NCBI RefSeq assembly: GCF_032191835.1
Contig: NC_083243.1
Location: 37,882,001-37,946,000 of the forward strand
Direction: 5' to 3'
DNA length: 64,000 nucleotides
Source of the DNA: Heteronotia binoei
Lineage: Eukaryota
The position numbers and the translations under genes are program-made. Of this stretch, positions 1 to 12,167 are shown piece by piece; the stretch's first letter is position 1, and each line of letters begins with the position of its first letter. The notes under the pieces were generated by a model that saw only the letters and a list, made by a program, of their open reading frames with translations, was not told the origin of the DNA and made no database searches.

Positions 1-2983
1 AGTAAGTGGCATAGTAGTTTGCATAGCACATTGATCTGATCCACCAGTTCCTTCAGTATGGATTGCAATACTGTCTCCCCGCCCCGCCCCCCCTCCCGCC
101 CGGCAGCCCATGTCAATGATTTGTAAACCGTAGGAGTTATTTGGTATGGTTTGTGCAGTCATGGTTTGGCACTTGAAAAACAGCATGCCTGTCAACCAGC
201 AATGGGCATGAAACTGCAGAGAAGACTGGAATAACAAGATGGCATCACTCCACAACAAGAACTGAATGTCCAGGTGGGCTGCTGCAGTGTGTGTGCCTGT
301 TTGCACTGATGGATAAAACACAACACAGACAAAAAATATGCAAGTGAAAAAAAAATAGTTTTTAAAATTAGTTTTAGACAGACCAAATTGGCACGCAAAT
401 AGATGTGCAGCATGCTTTTGCAATCTCAAAAATGTAGTGAGAGTACCAGGCTTGAGTCAACAACGGAGAAGTGTGTTTTGATCCAAAGTTTTCTGTTTAC
501 AGATTTCAAGCTCATTCGTTCCTCACCCCTTCCCCCCAGAAATGTAATCACTTCCATCAAAGTGGGGAGTTAAAATGGCCAAGCATTCTTTAGGATTCGT
601 TTGAGCAGTTGCTCTCTCCTCTCCCACTTTGGTGATTTCTGTATTCTCTTCCCACCTGGTTTACTTCTGATATTAGAGCCAAGCTGTAGGGGAAAGATTC
701 CTTAAAACAACGGAGTGCCCCAAATTGGGTTGTGAGGCAGGGCTTAACTTTTCTTGCCTGCACACACACAAATCACATAAAACTAACAGATCGTGGAGGG
801 AAATTGCAGTGTATCCTTCCGTTTGACGTCTAGCATGTGAATTTTTTTTGGTCTGGATATGATGGAACATTCAGCCACACAAGACACTACCTGCAATCTG
901 AATTCCCGACTGCCTCATAGAAAACTAGGATTTGAAGCTAGTGTTTCTTGTTATATGGGCTCTGCAAAGCAGTTAAAAGTTTTGAAACCAATTTTTTTTT
1001 ATACCAATTTTTTTTAAGAGAAAAGTTCCGAGCTCCCCTATATGGACAATATAATTCATGAGGTGTTTTAAAAATGCTTTCCCTCATTTCAGTACAATGT
1101 TACAACACAACAGCTGCTATCTAAAACATGCCAATTACATCACTTTACCTTTCACTTTGACCATAAATACGGGCCAGTTCCGATATTCTGATAGGAAAAA
1201 ACAGAGCTAATGTTTCTGGAAAGGCAGGCAAGATCTTAATGGAGATAATACAGGAAACAAAGTCATCTCTTATTTGGTCAAACCTTTTAAAAACAAAAAA
1301 TACTAAATTTCTGATTCTGAAAACAGTCTAAAAGCAAAATAAACTGAAATGTAGAAAGGGATATTAAATAACTCAGATGAAAAGGAAATAGATTGTCTAA
1401 TAAATCAAAACCTATTTTATACAAGACATACAGGCCATGGCAAGAAGTGTTTAGGTTTGTTGAATTTAGCTGTGTTTTTTCACTGAAAAAAGTAGCCAGA
1501 ATGTCAGCTATCTTTTTGATTTACCTTTTATTGCTGTTAAAATTTTCTTGGTAGTCAAGCATAAATCCAGATGAACTAAACTGTCAGGAAGTGAGCACCA
1601 GGACAGCTGTTCAGTCTGAAGTAGAAGTTTAGTCCTTAGCACACTGAGTTTTCTTAATCCCGTAGCTGTTTTATAATTGCGGAAATTTTGAGCTAACCCT
1701 GTATATATGTAGTTTCTCCTCCCCATAGAGCTGAGGCTTAGATTCTTTGGTATAAAGTAACTGGCCTCCCATGAATTTCTCTCTCTCATTGTTTATATAT
1801 TTTTAAAATGAATACATTATGGCTGGACCTAGAAGCTGGTGATGTTGGGCAGTTGTTGAGGGATCTGACCAATTAAACAGGGCCCACCTGCCAGAAACCA
1901 GAGTACCCATGCGGCTCTCACTCAGTGCAGGGCACAAGCAGTTTGGAGGTAATTAATGTCATTCAAAAACCTATGTGAATTAAAAGCCCTGCCATACTTG
2001 CCTGCAGTAGTCCTCATTTTAATTGTCTTCTGTGAAACAATTTGGGCACGGACTGCTAATTATGCAGTACTGGTAAGCAACAGGCTGTCTCTAACCGTTG
2101 TGAATAACTTGAGGTCTTAGCTTGTGGGTGCCTTTAAAGAAAACCTCTCAGCCTGTAACAGGTATTGTACAGTCCCTTGAGTTCATTGTTTGGACCAAAG
2201 TGCTAGTTGAAAAAAAGGGCCTTGTTAACATCCTTTCGTGAAAGCAGTTGCTTGTTTCCCTTGAGCGGAATTGGAACCGCCGCTCATCCAGCCTGACCTT
2301 TTCCCGCTGTGTGGCTCTGGCGGGAAACACTGCTCTCCGAAGGCAAAATGGGCGAAACAAATATTATAAGTGCACCCTTGAAAATGGGAGCTGTTGTAAT
2401 TGCCACCAATCAAATTGAAAAGGACATTGGTTTAACAAAATTAGCATAGGCTTGGCAGTGACTGAATGTTTCTAATATGTCCAGGTAGAAGTCACCTGGT
2501 GAATGTAGTAATGTGCCTTTGTGGATTTTTTGAAACATAAAAATAGTTGTAAATGTGTGCCAGCTGCAATGCATGACTGTAAAAAAAAATTAAAAATATG
2601 TAACAAATTTCCGTTGCTATATAATAGTGCCAGCATTCAAAGTGGTTTACAGTAATAAAGTATTTCCTTGAATTTCTTTGCCTTAAACCACACAAAGGCT
2701 TACATTATGTAGATAGCTACCCATGCCTGGGATACCTGTATGTATTTGTAAGGCCAGCCAGTTTTCTTAAGCTCTTCTTCAAGATCGCCTCCTTAGCACA
2801 GCCATTCCTAAATCAAATCCATCTAATTTTAGCTGTACTTCTTTTATCAGCTTCCTTATTTGTTCCTTTGACCACTCTTTCTGATTGCCCCTGGATTGTC
2901 ATAATGGAATATAGTGAAGAAAGTGCTCTGAAGGTATATGATAGAGTTCAAATATCTGCTAGACCCAATTCAAAATGAATACT

Positions 2984-3180
2984 CAGTAGAAAAGAGTAAG
3001 AGACCTTAAAGACTAACAAAATTTGTGGCAGGGTATGAGCTTTAATGAGTCACTGCATACTTCTTCAGATACCTGAAGTGACTCACAAAACCTTGCTACA
3101 TATTTTGATAGTCTTTAAGGTGCTCTTGGACTCTTGCTTTTTTGTACTGCTACGAACTAACACAGCTATCCATCTTGGAT
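2984..3180. mobile_element. Penelope-like (Neptune-type) remnant in inverted configuration
   Basis: ccttaaagactaacaaaat...atagtctttaagg inverted arms; same family as 33690-33882, 36470-36610 and 53115-53345. Confidence 0.6.
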
Positions 3181-3864
3181 ACTCAGTGTTTCTCTTAACC
3201 CCCCTTCCTCTGCCAACCAGCAAGTATCTTTGATGTGCCACTTCCTGCTGCTTATACCTGCCAGGGATTATCCATTAAAGCCAATAGCAATTTATTCCCA
3301 GCAACACTTGGTGTTTTTTTTATGGCCATAAAACCTAACATGAATGGTGTAAATATAATAATAGAATGCCCGTAAACATGTGTTTTCTTCTTGGAAAAGT
3401 GAGCTGCATGCTGAAATGTGGAAGGAACTGTTCTGCTGGTTGACTTCCAGTATTTATGCCTCACTGTAGGCTTTATGCCTCACTGTAGGCTTCACAATGG
3501 CATCTGGCTGGATGATAAGGACCTTGGTCTGATTCTACAAAGCAGTTCTTATGTTCTTGGATCAGGTACACCTCTGACTGCACTCTGGCAAGTTTCTGTT
3601 TTTCCCTAATCCGTTTTGTCCTGTGGAATCACAGGATTGGTAAAAACAAGGTGGGTGAATGGGAGGAATTAATGGAGGGGACAGCAGTTTGGAAATCCCA
3701 ACCCATCCTGCAGAATCTCTCTCTCTGCTCAATATTCCTGTTCTCAATATCCCATCCATTTGTGGACACATTTAATCTCATCAGGTAATTTTTATCACTT
3801 TTCCCCTCCTGGTTAGTTTGCAAAATCACACACACACATACATATTTCCTGCCTACCTTTACAT

Positions 3865-4480
3865 TAAGGGGTGGGGAACCGTTTTTCTACCAAGGGCCAT
3901 ATGGATATTTATAACCATTTGCTGTCCATAAAAAATTATCAGCTAAAAAAACAGTGCTCCGCCAAGGGAGAATAATTCAGGCCAGCAAAATTAATGCAAA
4001 TATTTTTTTTTCTATTTGAAGTCATGTGGGGAGAGCCTAATCTGGCGCATGCACACACAGCCCGCCGCCCTAGGCTTTTTTGTAGAAAAGCCCAGTTGGA
4101 ACTCTGTAGCATATGAGACCACATCCTCTAATATTAGCATATTAGGTCACACACTCATTAGCATATTAGGCCACACCATCTGGGATAATCAAGTGCAAAC
4201 TGAACTGTGACAGTAACTTTTTCAGGCTCTGCAGCAATTTTGACCGGCCAGCCAGGCCCCAGGGAGGCTGCCACACAGTACATCTGGGCCCTGTGATCTC
4301 TGCCTGGCCCTGGGGGGGGGGGCTGCTGCACAGCACAGCTGGGCCCCATGATCCTCACTGGCCAGCTAGGCCCCAGGGAGGCTGCCACATGGCTCGGTTC
4401 GGTCCAGCAATCCCCGAGGGCCACAACAAGTGACCTTGAGGGCCATATATGGCCCTCGGGGCAGAGGTTCCCCACCCCTG
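3865..4480. mobile_element. Non-autonomous hAT element, with a nested fragment of the octamer-MITE family at about 4071-4230
   Basis: TIR ggggtggggaacc / ggttccccacccctg; 8-bp TSD CTTTACA(T/G). Confidence 0.75.
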
Positions 4481-7400
4481 CTTTACAGCGTCACCCCTGT
4501 ATGCAGAAACCCGTGTCTTGTCTGTGGGTGGTACTGTTGTGCTGCTTCCACCCTTGCAGGAACTAGGCCATTTTTCATTAGGTATAGTGATTCTCTTGGC
4601 ATTTCACATAAGGTAGACTCTTGTGTAGGCTTTCAACTTAAAGTCTTTGGCACAGGCACAGTGCTTTTTACAAAATGAGTATTTTCGTAATGCCTTCTGA
4701 AGACGTTACATATTTGAGTTGTGCTAAGGTATTGTTTATTATAGTAGTTGTTTACAAAAGTAGAGGAGATCACATTCCCACACCTACGCACACAAAAGCT
4801 CTACTTACTCCCATTTCACTTACGTGTTTACCAAGCTACTAATACTAAATGAGAATCAGTGGCCCAGTAACAAGAAGGGAAAAGTCTCTTTTCTTGCACT
4901 GCAGAAGCAATGAACTGTGCAGATACAGCTTGAGACTGTGATGAAACTAAGGAAAGAATCCCACCAATCTCTCCACGTTTCTGCTTTATAGTTCCTTCTT
5001 ATTGCTTGTTAATCATGGAAATAATTGTTTTAAGACAATACTGCTGTGCAGCTTGCATGGGCTAGTGACCGGCTGGATAAAGGGATGTTTACACAAGCCT
5101 TGGATTAATATGACATAACTGGGTCTCCCTTGTATTTTTTGTGCGGAAAGCTTTGAAAATCTGCTATCAAATGTTTCTCCTTTTTTCTCGTCTGCTTCCC
5201 TCGGGTTCCAAAGCCAGCGTTTTCTACCTCAGTCATACTGGGAATCTTGCTCTCATCCTTAAGCAGCAGATAAAGGTGACAGTCATTGGTGACTGCAGGT
5301 GGGCCTTTTTTAGTCTTCAGGGTGTTCAGTTAAAGCTGAAAAGGAATGTTTCTGGAATGTTTAGGTGACCTGTTAATTAGAGAAAGAAAATAACATTTTG
5401 CAGACAGCGACAGAATTCTAAAAAAAGAAGTGCCATAGCTCAGGCAAGGCTGGAATCTGCTCGCTCTGACATGAAATCTTGCAGTCTAATTCTGTGCAGA
5501 GTAGCTTGTGGTTACCCAGTTTGGAAGAGACGTACTCTATGTGTGTGCATATGCAAATCCCATAGACTGCTCCATGTGTTCCCAAGCAGAGATTTAGCTT
5601 TGAATGCATGCAGCTTGTGAGGCTTGCTCCTCCCTGTCTCAAATTGAGCCATCTTTCTTATGTTGCCTAATGATAACTCAGCCTGCAGAACTTGCTCTTA
5701 AAAGGGTCTAATTCTGTCAAAAACTGTGACCAAATTGGTTTAAGTCTAATTTGAGCTACTGCATCTACAGTTCCTTGAAACCTTTCAGAGTTAAAATGAC
5801 CTTGATGTTGAATGCAACTGATAAGTGTTATATTGGGGTTCCACTGGGCTTGCTGGTCCCCCGGAGCATCACATGCACTGTGAAGTCACTTCTGGAGAAA
5901 ACCAGAAGTGACAGAAAGCAGCTCTAGGAATTTCTGGAAGCTCTTAGAATTACCCTATGTGTCACTTCCAGGTTTTCCTGATGCACACAATGTTGTGGCC
6001 TACCCCAAACCTCCCACCAGTTGCCAGGTGTGGTCTGGCAACCGTAGTTTCCACTGCCTGCCTCAGGTGAATTACAACAACACTATCCTCTTCCCATCTG
6101 CTATATGTAGTTGGGGTACCATGCTATTGCAGCTGAATCGGTGTTTGCAGGAGTATGAATCAGAAAATACAGCCAGTTGGGGCCATGCTTCAGAAAAGCT
6201 TAATGTCAGCAATGCAAAAAGCCAGTGGCATTTGCTAATGACTCTCTTTTTGAATGCATATATGTCAACTTATGACAGTACTTTGGATCAGTCACCCCCC
6301 CCCCGCCCCCGATTCTCGTTTGACTGGGTGGCAGTGGTACAATGTGCACACTGAAAATACACCATGGTGATTCATGAGTTATGGGCATTCTGGATTCCAT
6401 CCTGCTTTTATCTGTACAGGAAACAAATGGAGGGAACCGATGTGGAACCGGACATCCCGCTGAATTTGCATGGCTGACAACATTATTATTTGTGAACCTC
6501 AGGCATATGAAGTGGGAACTTGACCAAGGCCAGAGATGTTCCCATGTCTCTCTAAACTAAGGCAGTCCTCAAATTAAGCCAAATTGGGAAACTCTTCTCT
6601 GGCAGAAACATATAAATATTGCAACGCTGTCGCTTTCGGATTCTGATGTTTGGTTTTATCGCAGCAATGAGACAAAAGCTTTGAAGTCTGAGAAACTTTG
6701 GTTGGATTTTCTTTTCCTTTTCGATCAAAGTCAGCCTCAAAGCCTCAATCTGTCTGCCAGCCCGTGTTTTTACACGTTACCAGGCTGCGTCTCTCCTAAA
6801 ATTCATTATAATAAGCGAGTGGCCCCAGGATCAGAAAACAGCCTTGCCTCTCCCTGCCGCAGCCAGTCTTTCACATGTGGGATGAATTTCATTGTAATCC
6901 TGACTCATAGTCAGTTTGGATTACAATTGTTCAGTTTGAGCATACACACAAAGTAAGCCGGACTCCACCTCGACTGGTAGGATTCGTCACGTGAGCAGCA
7001 TGACCATGGTCCTGTAAGCTCCACTTTTGTGAAAATACAAATTTGCCAAGGAGACTCTGGTTACATGTGAGTTCTGGGTTCCAGTTTTGTGCTGCTTGCA
7101 CAAGTTAGAACAATTACTGTTGGAACTAAATTCAGCTGAAGGGCTGGGAAAGTTGTATGCTTAACCCTTACCATTTGAAAGGAGCTTGCAAACAAGGTGA
7201 GGAATCAGCCACCGGACTGTGTTTGCCTAAGCTCAAGTGAATCATATGCAGCCAGATATTATCAAAGTGGGTGCCTCTAATTTTCTCTCTTGCTTCTTGT
7301 GTCTACTCCGATTGCATCAGCTTTTTGCACTCTTCCCTGTCCTCCATGTCTAAGGTTGCTCTGAGGTGCATTTTATCTTAATTTAAACTCAACATATCTG

Positions 7401-8720
7401 AAGCTCCTTTCTTGGAAGGGGTCAGGGCACAGCCTGATTTGTTCTGCACTGCAGGCATAGTCATTGATTGGAGGGGCGGGCAGAGTTTCACAGGAATGTA
7501 CATGGAGATATCATACAGGTGGCTGTATTTAGTCTTTCTGTGCTTTCCGGCTCTTGAATGCATGTTTCCTGCAGATGTGGTTCAACTCATTTATTTGAAA
7601 TGCTTATATCTTGCACTCTTAGTGTACAGCTTTCATTTGTACAAGGCAATTGATAATATCAAAGAAAATAAACCAACAGGGTGTAACTGTCAGTAAATAA
7701 CAGCAACAAGTTTGCAACAAGACTGATAGCATTAACAGTAACAAAACAATCAGAACCATGAAATTAGTGTAATCAAAAAATACAAAACCAGTGCTTGTAA
7801 TCATAAAATACAAAACCGGTGCTGGGAAGAGATAAAATAATCAGGCTGAAGGTACTAGAAAGGAGAAAAAAGCAGCAAAAAACATCATGAAAAAATCCAG
7901 AGCAGCAAAAGTCAAAATCAACAAAAACCCAAATGGTTTTGTGTGGTGCCTAAATCTCAGAAAGCTGGATGACAAAGAGGTTGCTGTAGAGAAGGAGGTG
8001 TCAACGTTGCTGGACAACTTGTATGGTGCTCAGCAGCTGTTCCTCAGCATCATCACCAGGTAGCAATTGGTCTTACAGAAATGGAACCCAGGAGCTGTGT
8101 GCCAATAAACATTTCAATCAACCCTTCCCAGAAATTCATGAGCATCAAACTCTGGTTCCCAAACTCTTTCTGTCACCTTTCTTGTGAAGTTTATCAATTG
8201 AAAGCTGTAAAGACAGTTCCAAAATCAGGCCAGAAACTGGATTGAAATGGGTCTTAGGTAGTCTTCTCCGAGGTAGCCTAGAATTACTTAAGCATAACTC
8301 ACTCAGGCACTGAGTTCAAGAAGGGAATGTTCGACCATGACTGATAGTTGTTCAAAGTGTTCACCACAGGAGCAGTTCTCCAGGAGGGGTGTCCTTGAGT
8401 ACAGAGAATTGTTCACCACTTGTTGGCCTCAGACAGGTAATCCCATCTGGCCACATGTAATAGTGAATTTTATTTATTCGTAGCAATCATAGGCTGCCTT
8501 CCTCTCAAAATTAGGTAAGGATCAAGAATCATGCCCTGTTATGTTTGGACTGATATCTCTAAGAAATGTAGGTCTCAGGAACTGAAATTCATCTAGGGTG
8601 AGCTCTGATGATAAAATTCTAAGATTTTTCTGTGGGAATAATGGTGTGGTGGGTACCCTCAGCGGCACCAACTGGGAAGCCAGGAATTTGATCAAATCCT
8701 CCATTTTGTATATTTTGCAG

Positions 8721-8819
8721 ATGAGAGGATCTGTTCTCCACCATTTATGGAACTGACAAGCACATACGGAGAAGATACCTTGCAGCAAATAGAGAAGAGT
8801 GGAATAGAATTCCCATTCA
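8721..8819 (+). CDS. ITPK1: ITPK1 coding exon (equivalent to human exon 6)
   Basis: ttttgcag|AT...TTCA|gtacgt; 99 nt; translates (D)ERICSPPFMELTSTYGEDTLQQIEKSGIEFPF(I), matching ITPK1 DRICSPPFMELT. Confidence 0.96.
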
Positions 8820-9333
8820 GTACGTAAATGAATGTCTTGCTGTACTAAGAGAACTCTTGAGGAATTGTTCCATAAGAGATGCTGGAAACCAAGACAGTGC
8901 AAAAAAAAATTTTTTTAAAGAAAGAGCTACCGCAGCACTCATGCAGATACTAATAAAAGTTGAAGTTTAAAAATGTTCCTAGTATGTAAGTTTTGCATTT
9001 TATTGTAATTGCTCCAAGCTACCAAAATTGACAAGTAGCTTTAATCATGGGCAGAGATTGCACTCTAGGTTGCATCTGGCTTGTTTGTGTGCTGCATTTG
9101 TTCAGATGCACTGGCAGTGATTAGTTTGGGTGAAAACAATCAGAGCAAAATGTCCAAGTGAAATTTAATAGGTCTTTGACTTTTGCTCATTAAAAACAGG
9201 TTTTTGCTATGGTGGAAACCAATAATTCCTTATATTATAGAAGTTGGTGTTTTTTCAGTAGTACCATTGAGCAGGAAAGCAGGCCAAAGTTTGCAGACTA
9301 GATCATCTCTCTTTCTAGTCATGATATTTTTAT

Positions 9334-9624
9334 CAAAGATTTCAGGTTTTCACGGCTGGTAACATCATTAGAGTTTTTAGAATCTTTCGGGATCAAGTGC
9401 CGTGTTCTACTGGAGAAAGTTTTCCTTCCAGACGTTTCGTTCTCAGCTGCGGAGAACATCCTCAGTGGCGTTGCAGCCGGAGCAGGCGCTCAGACCTTCT
9501 TGGCTGCTGTGCATTGAGTGATGCCACTGAGGATGTTCTCCGCAGCTGAGAACGAAACGTCTGGAAGGAAAACTTTCTCCAGTAGAACACGGCACTTGAT
9601 CCCGAAAGATTCTACAAACTCTAA
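9334..9624. mobile_element. Young Penelope-like element, tail-to-tail inverted structure
   Basis: 103-bp inverted arms (9367-9469 and 9523-9625, one mismatch), gacgtttcg motif, flanking 15-bp direct repeat TCATGATATTTTTAT (9319-9333 and 9625-9639). Confidence 0.85.
9524..9564 (+). ncRNA. Minimal type I hammerhead ribozyme motif (mirror copy on - strand at 9428-9468)
   Basis: CCA-CTGAGGA-T-GTTCTC(cgcagct)GAGAAC-GAAA-CGTC-TGG: core boxes, 6-bp stem II, palindromic ACGT stem III, 3-bp stem I. Confidence 0.7.
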
Positions 9625-10030
9625 TCATGATATTTTTATTTATATTTACTTTGATAATGATACCCTGCTTTTCTGCTCAATGGGGACAAGGAAGTATCTT
9701 GCAATATTACTCTCCCCTCCTTCATTTTATCCTCACAACAACAGTTCTGTGAGAACGGTTATGTTTACAGAGAGTAATCAGCCCAAACAGAGTGGGAATT
9801 TGAACCTGGGTCTTCCACAACTTGCACTGTACTCTGAATTGACTTTTGGTTGTATTCCCTCTGGTCCCTTCCCAGCTGTATGAAAGGTGAAGAATTTGAT
9901 TAATCAGCAACTAGTTTTACCTGGGTTGAAGGGTTATGTGTCTAACCAGGCTTCTTGAACTGCTGTTAAGCATTCTGTTATGCTTAGCTTTGTGCACTCA
10001 CAGTTTGCATATCTGTTTTGTTCCCTGTAG

Positions 10031-10071
10031 TTTGCAAGACAAGAGTGGCCCATGGAACCAACTCTCATGAA
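10031..10071 (+). CDS. ITPK1: ITPK1 coding exon (exon 7 equivalent)
   Basis: ccctgtag|TT...GAA|gtgagt; 41 nt; (I)CKTRVAHGTNSHE. Confidence 0.97.
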
Positions 10072-10769
10072 GTGAGTATCCATCCAAGACTCTCAGTACT
10101 GCTTGGTAATGCATCCAGATTGCCACTTAGGGCAACAAGATTGGGGGGAAACTTTGCCCCATTCTCTGTGAAACAGGAGTACTGTTCTTTTCCTGCTGCA
10201 CTTTGTCGGTTATGTGAAATGTTATTCAGTAAGGTCCACACACAGTACAGGCAGTCCTTAAAACCAATTCGTCAATTTCTGAACATAGTGGGTCCTAAGG
10301 ACTCAAAGGCGGTGGCTTTGGTCTTCCATCTGCCTCTGATCTTGCCTTGTGTTCACTCAGTTACATCTTGCTCCTGTGGTCAGTTCATCTGATGCCTGTT
10401 TTGTACCCTAGAAAAGTGCTGCTTCATTTGGAAAGTTTGGGAAATGGACTGCCCAAGTAAGACAGCCATACAGATTAGACATCAAGCATGATTGTCACAT
10501 ACTGTGCACAGGAGAGTAGTCAACACACACCTTTACACATGCAGAGTGGAACTCTGATCTTTGTAGCAAGAGGTCAGAAAATCTAAAGGCAACCTCCATG
10601 TGTGTTGTGTGGGAGGGATCTTTAAATTATGCCCCAGTCAGATGCACATTCATGTTGCACACATCGTAAATGCCCCTGTTGGAAACACTGGCATTGTAGT
10701 AGTTATATACACAGCAGTCACGTTTGGGACTAATGTGAGCGGTGGCAAAGACAAGTCTTTGTTTTTCAG

Positions 10770-10935
10770 ATGGCTATCATATTCAACCAGGAAGGCCTGA
10801 AGGCTATTCAGCCCCCCTGTGTGATTCAGAGCTTCATCAACCATAACGCTGTCCTCTATAAAGTCTTCGTGGTTGGAGAGTCATACAGCGTGGTGAAGAG
10901 GCCGTCTCTCAAGAACTTCTCAGCCGGCATTTCAG
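10770..10935 (+). CDS. ITPK1: ITPK1 coding exon (exon 8 equivalent)
   Basis: ttttcag|ATG...CAG|gtaatg; 166 nt; MAIIFNQEGLKAIQPPCVIQSFINHNAVLYKVFVVGESYSVVKRPSLKNFSAGIS(D). Confidence 0.98.
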
Positions 10936-11190
10936 GTAATGTCTGTCGGAGAACAGCAAAACGCTGCAGGCATCAGTCTGAAAGAACACTGTTGACAGGG
11001 TGCCAGAAGCAGAGCATTGCTTTTTAACAGTGATGTACACACACACACTCCATTTCTCATTTCTCCTTGTGTCTGTAGGTGACGGCTGCAAGCCTTTTCA
11101 TTCCCCTCGTTTTCATTGCAGGTTGTCTTAATTTGTTTGTTCTTAAATCATCACTTAAAAGATGCAAGTATATTGTTGAAAATACAGGAG

Positions 11191-11283
11191 TAAGAAGATA
11201 AGAACATAAGAGAAGCCATGTTAGATCAGGCCAATAGCCCATCCAGTCCAACACTCTGTGTCACACAGTGGCCAAATTTTTTT

Positions 11284-11319
<36 letters not shown>

Positions 11320-12167
11320 CGTATTTTTTGGACCATAAGATGCACTTCCCCCCCAAAAAAAAGTGTGGGGGGGGGAGTGTGTGTGTCTTATGGAGCTAAG
11401 GGACGATAGGCTCCGGGGGGGGGGGGGGGGGGGCGATCCGCTGCCTCCGCCTCCCATTCCGGCGCTTCCCCCACGCCTGCCTGCCTGCCTGGCTCCAGCT
11501 CTGCTTCCAGCAAGCTCTGGGATCGCTCCATGCTGCCCCCACCGCAAACCCAGCGCTTCGCGAGCGCCGGCTGCGGAGGGGGCAGCGTGCTTCCTCCATG
11601 CCTGTCTGCCTGGCTCCAGCTCTGATGCTTAAAGCAAGCACCGGGATCGGAGGCGGAGACAGCAGATCACCCCCCAGGAGGAAGGTGCGTCCTATGGTCC
11701 GGAGCGTCTTATGGACCGAAAAATACGGTGTGTGTGTGTGTGTATATATATACACACACACACACTGTGGCTAATAGCCACTGATGGACCTCTGCTCCAT
11801 ATTTTTATCTAACACCCTCTTGAAGGTGGCTATGCTTGTGGCCGCCACCACCTCCTGTGGCAGTGAATTCCACATGTTAATCACCCTTTGGGTGAAGAAG
11901 TACTTCCTTTTATCCGTTTTAACCTGTCTACTCAGCAATTTCATCGAATGCCCACGAGTTCTTGTATTGTGAGAATGGGAGAAAAGTACTTCTTTCTCTA
12001 CTTTCTCCATCCCATGCATTATCTTGTAAACCTCTATCATGTCACCCCGCAGTCGACGTTTCTCCAAGCTAAAAAGCCCCAAGCGTTTCAACCTTTCTTC
12101 ATAGGGAAAGTGTTCCAGCCCTTTAATCATTCTAGTTGCCCTTTTCTGGACTTTCTCCAATGCTATA
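11191..12167 (-). mobile_element. CR1 LINE 3' fragment (ORF2 C-terminus plus 3'UTR), interrupted by a MITE
   Basis: Open frame IALEKVQKRATRMIKGLEH...WNSLPQEVV...SISGY*; tail ttcttatg repeats. Confidence 0.93.
11319..11728. mobile_element. Tc2/pogo-like (Tc1-mariner) MITE nested in the CR1 3'UTR microsatellite
   Basis: TIR CCGTATTTTT(T/C)GG(A/T)CCATAAGA at both ends; GC-rich interior with an internal duplication. Confidence 0.8.

Noticed and set aside
3453-3490. Perfect 19-bp tandem duplication (similar short duplications at 17689-17723 and 41494-41533)
   Set aside because: Two units only, typical slippage or repair duplications; not a CRISPR array or functional repeat
7700-8500. Possible degenerate retroelement (DIRS- or LINE-like) upstream of the exon at 8721
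   Set aside because: No diagnostic motif, termini or TSD could be established by eye
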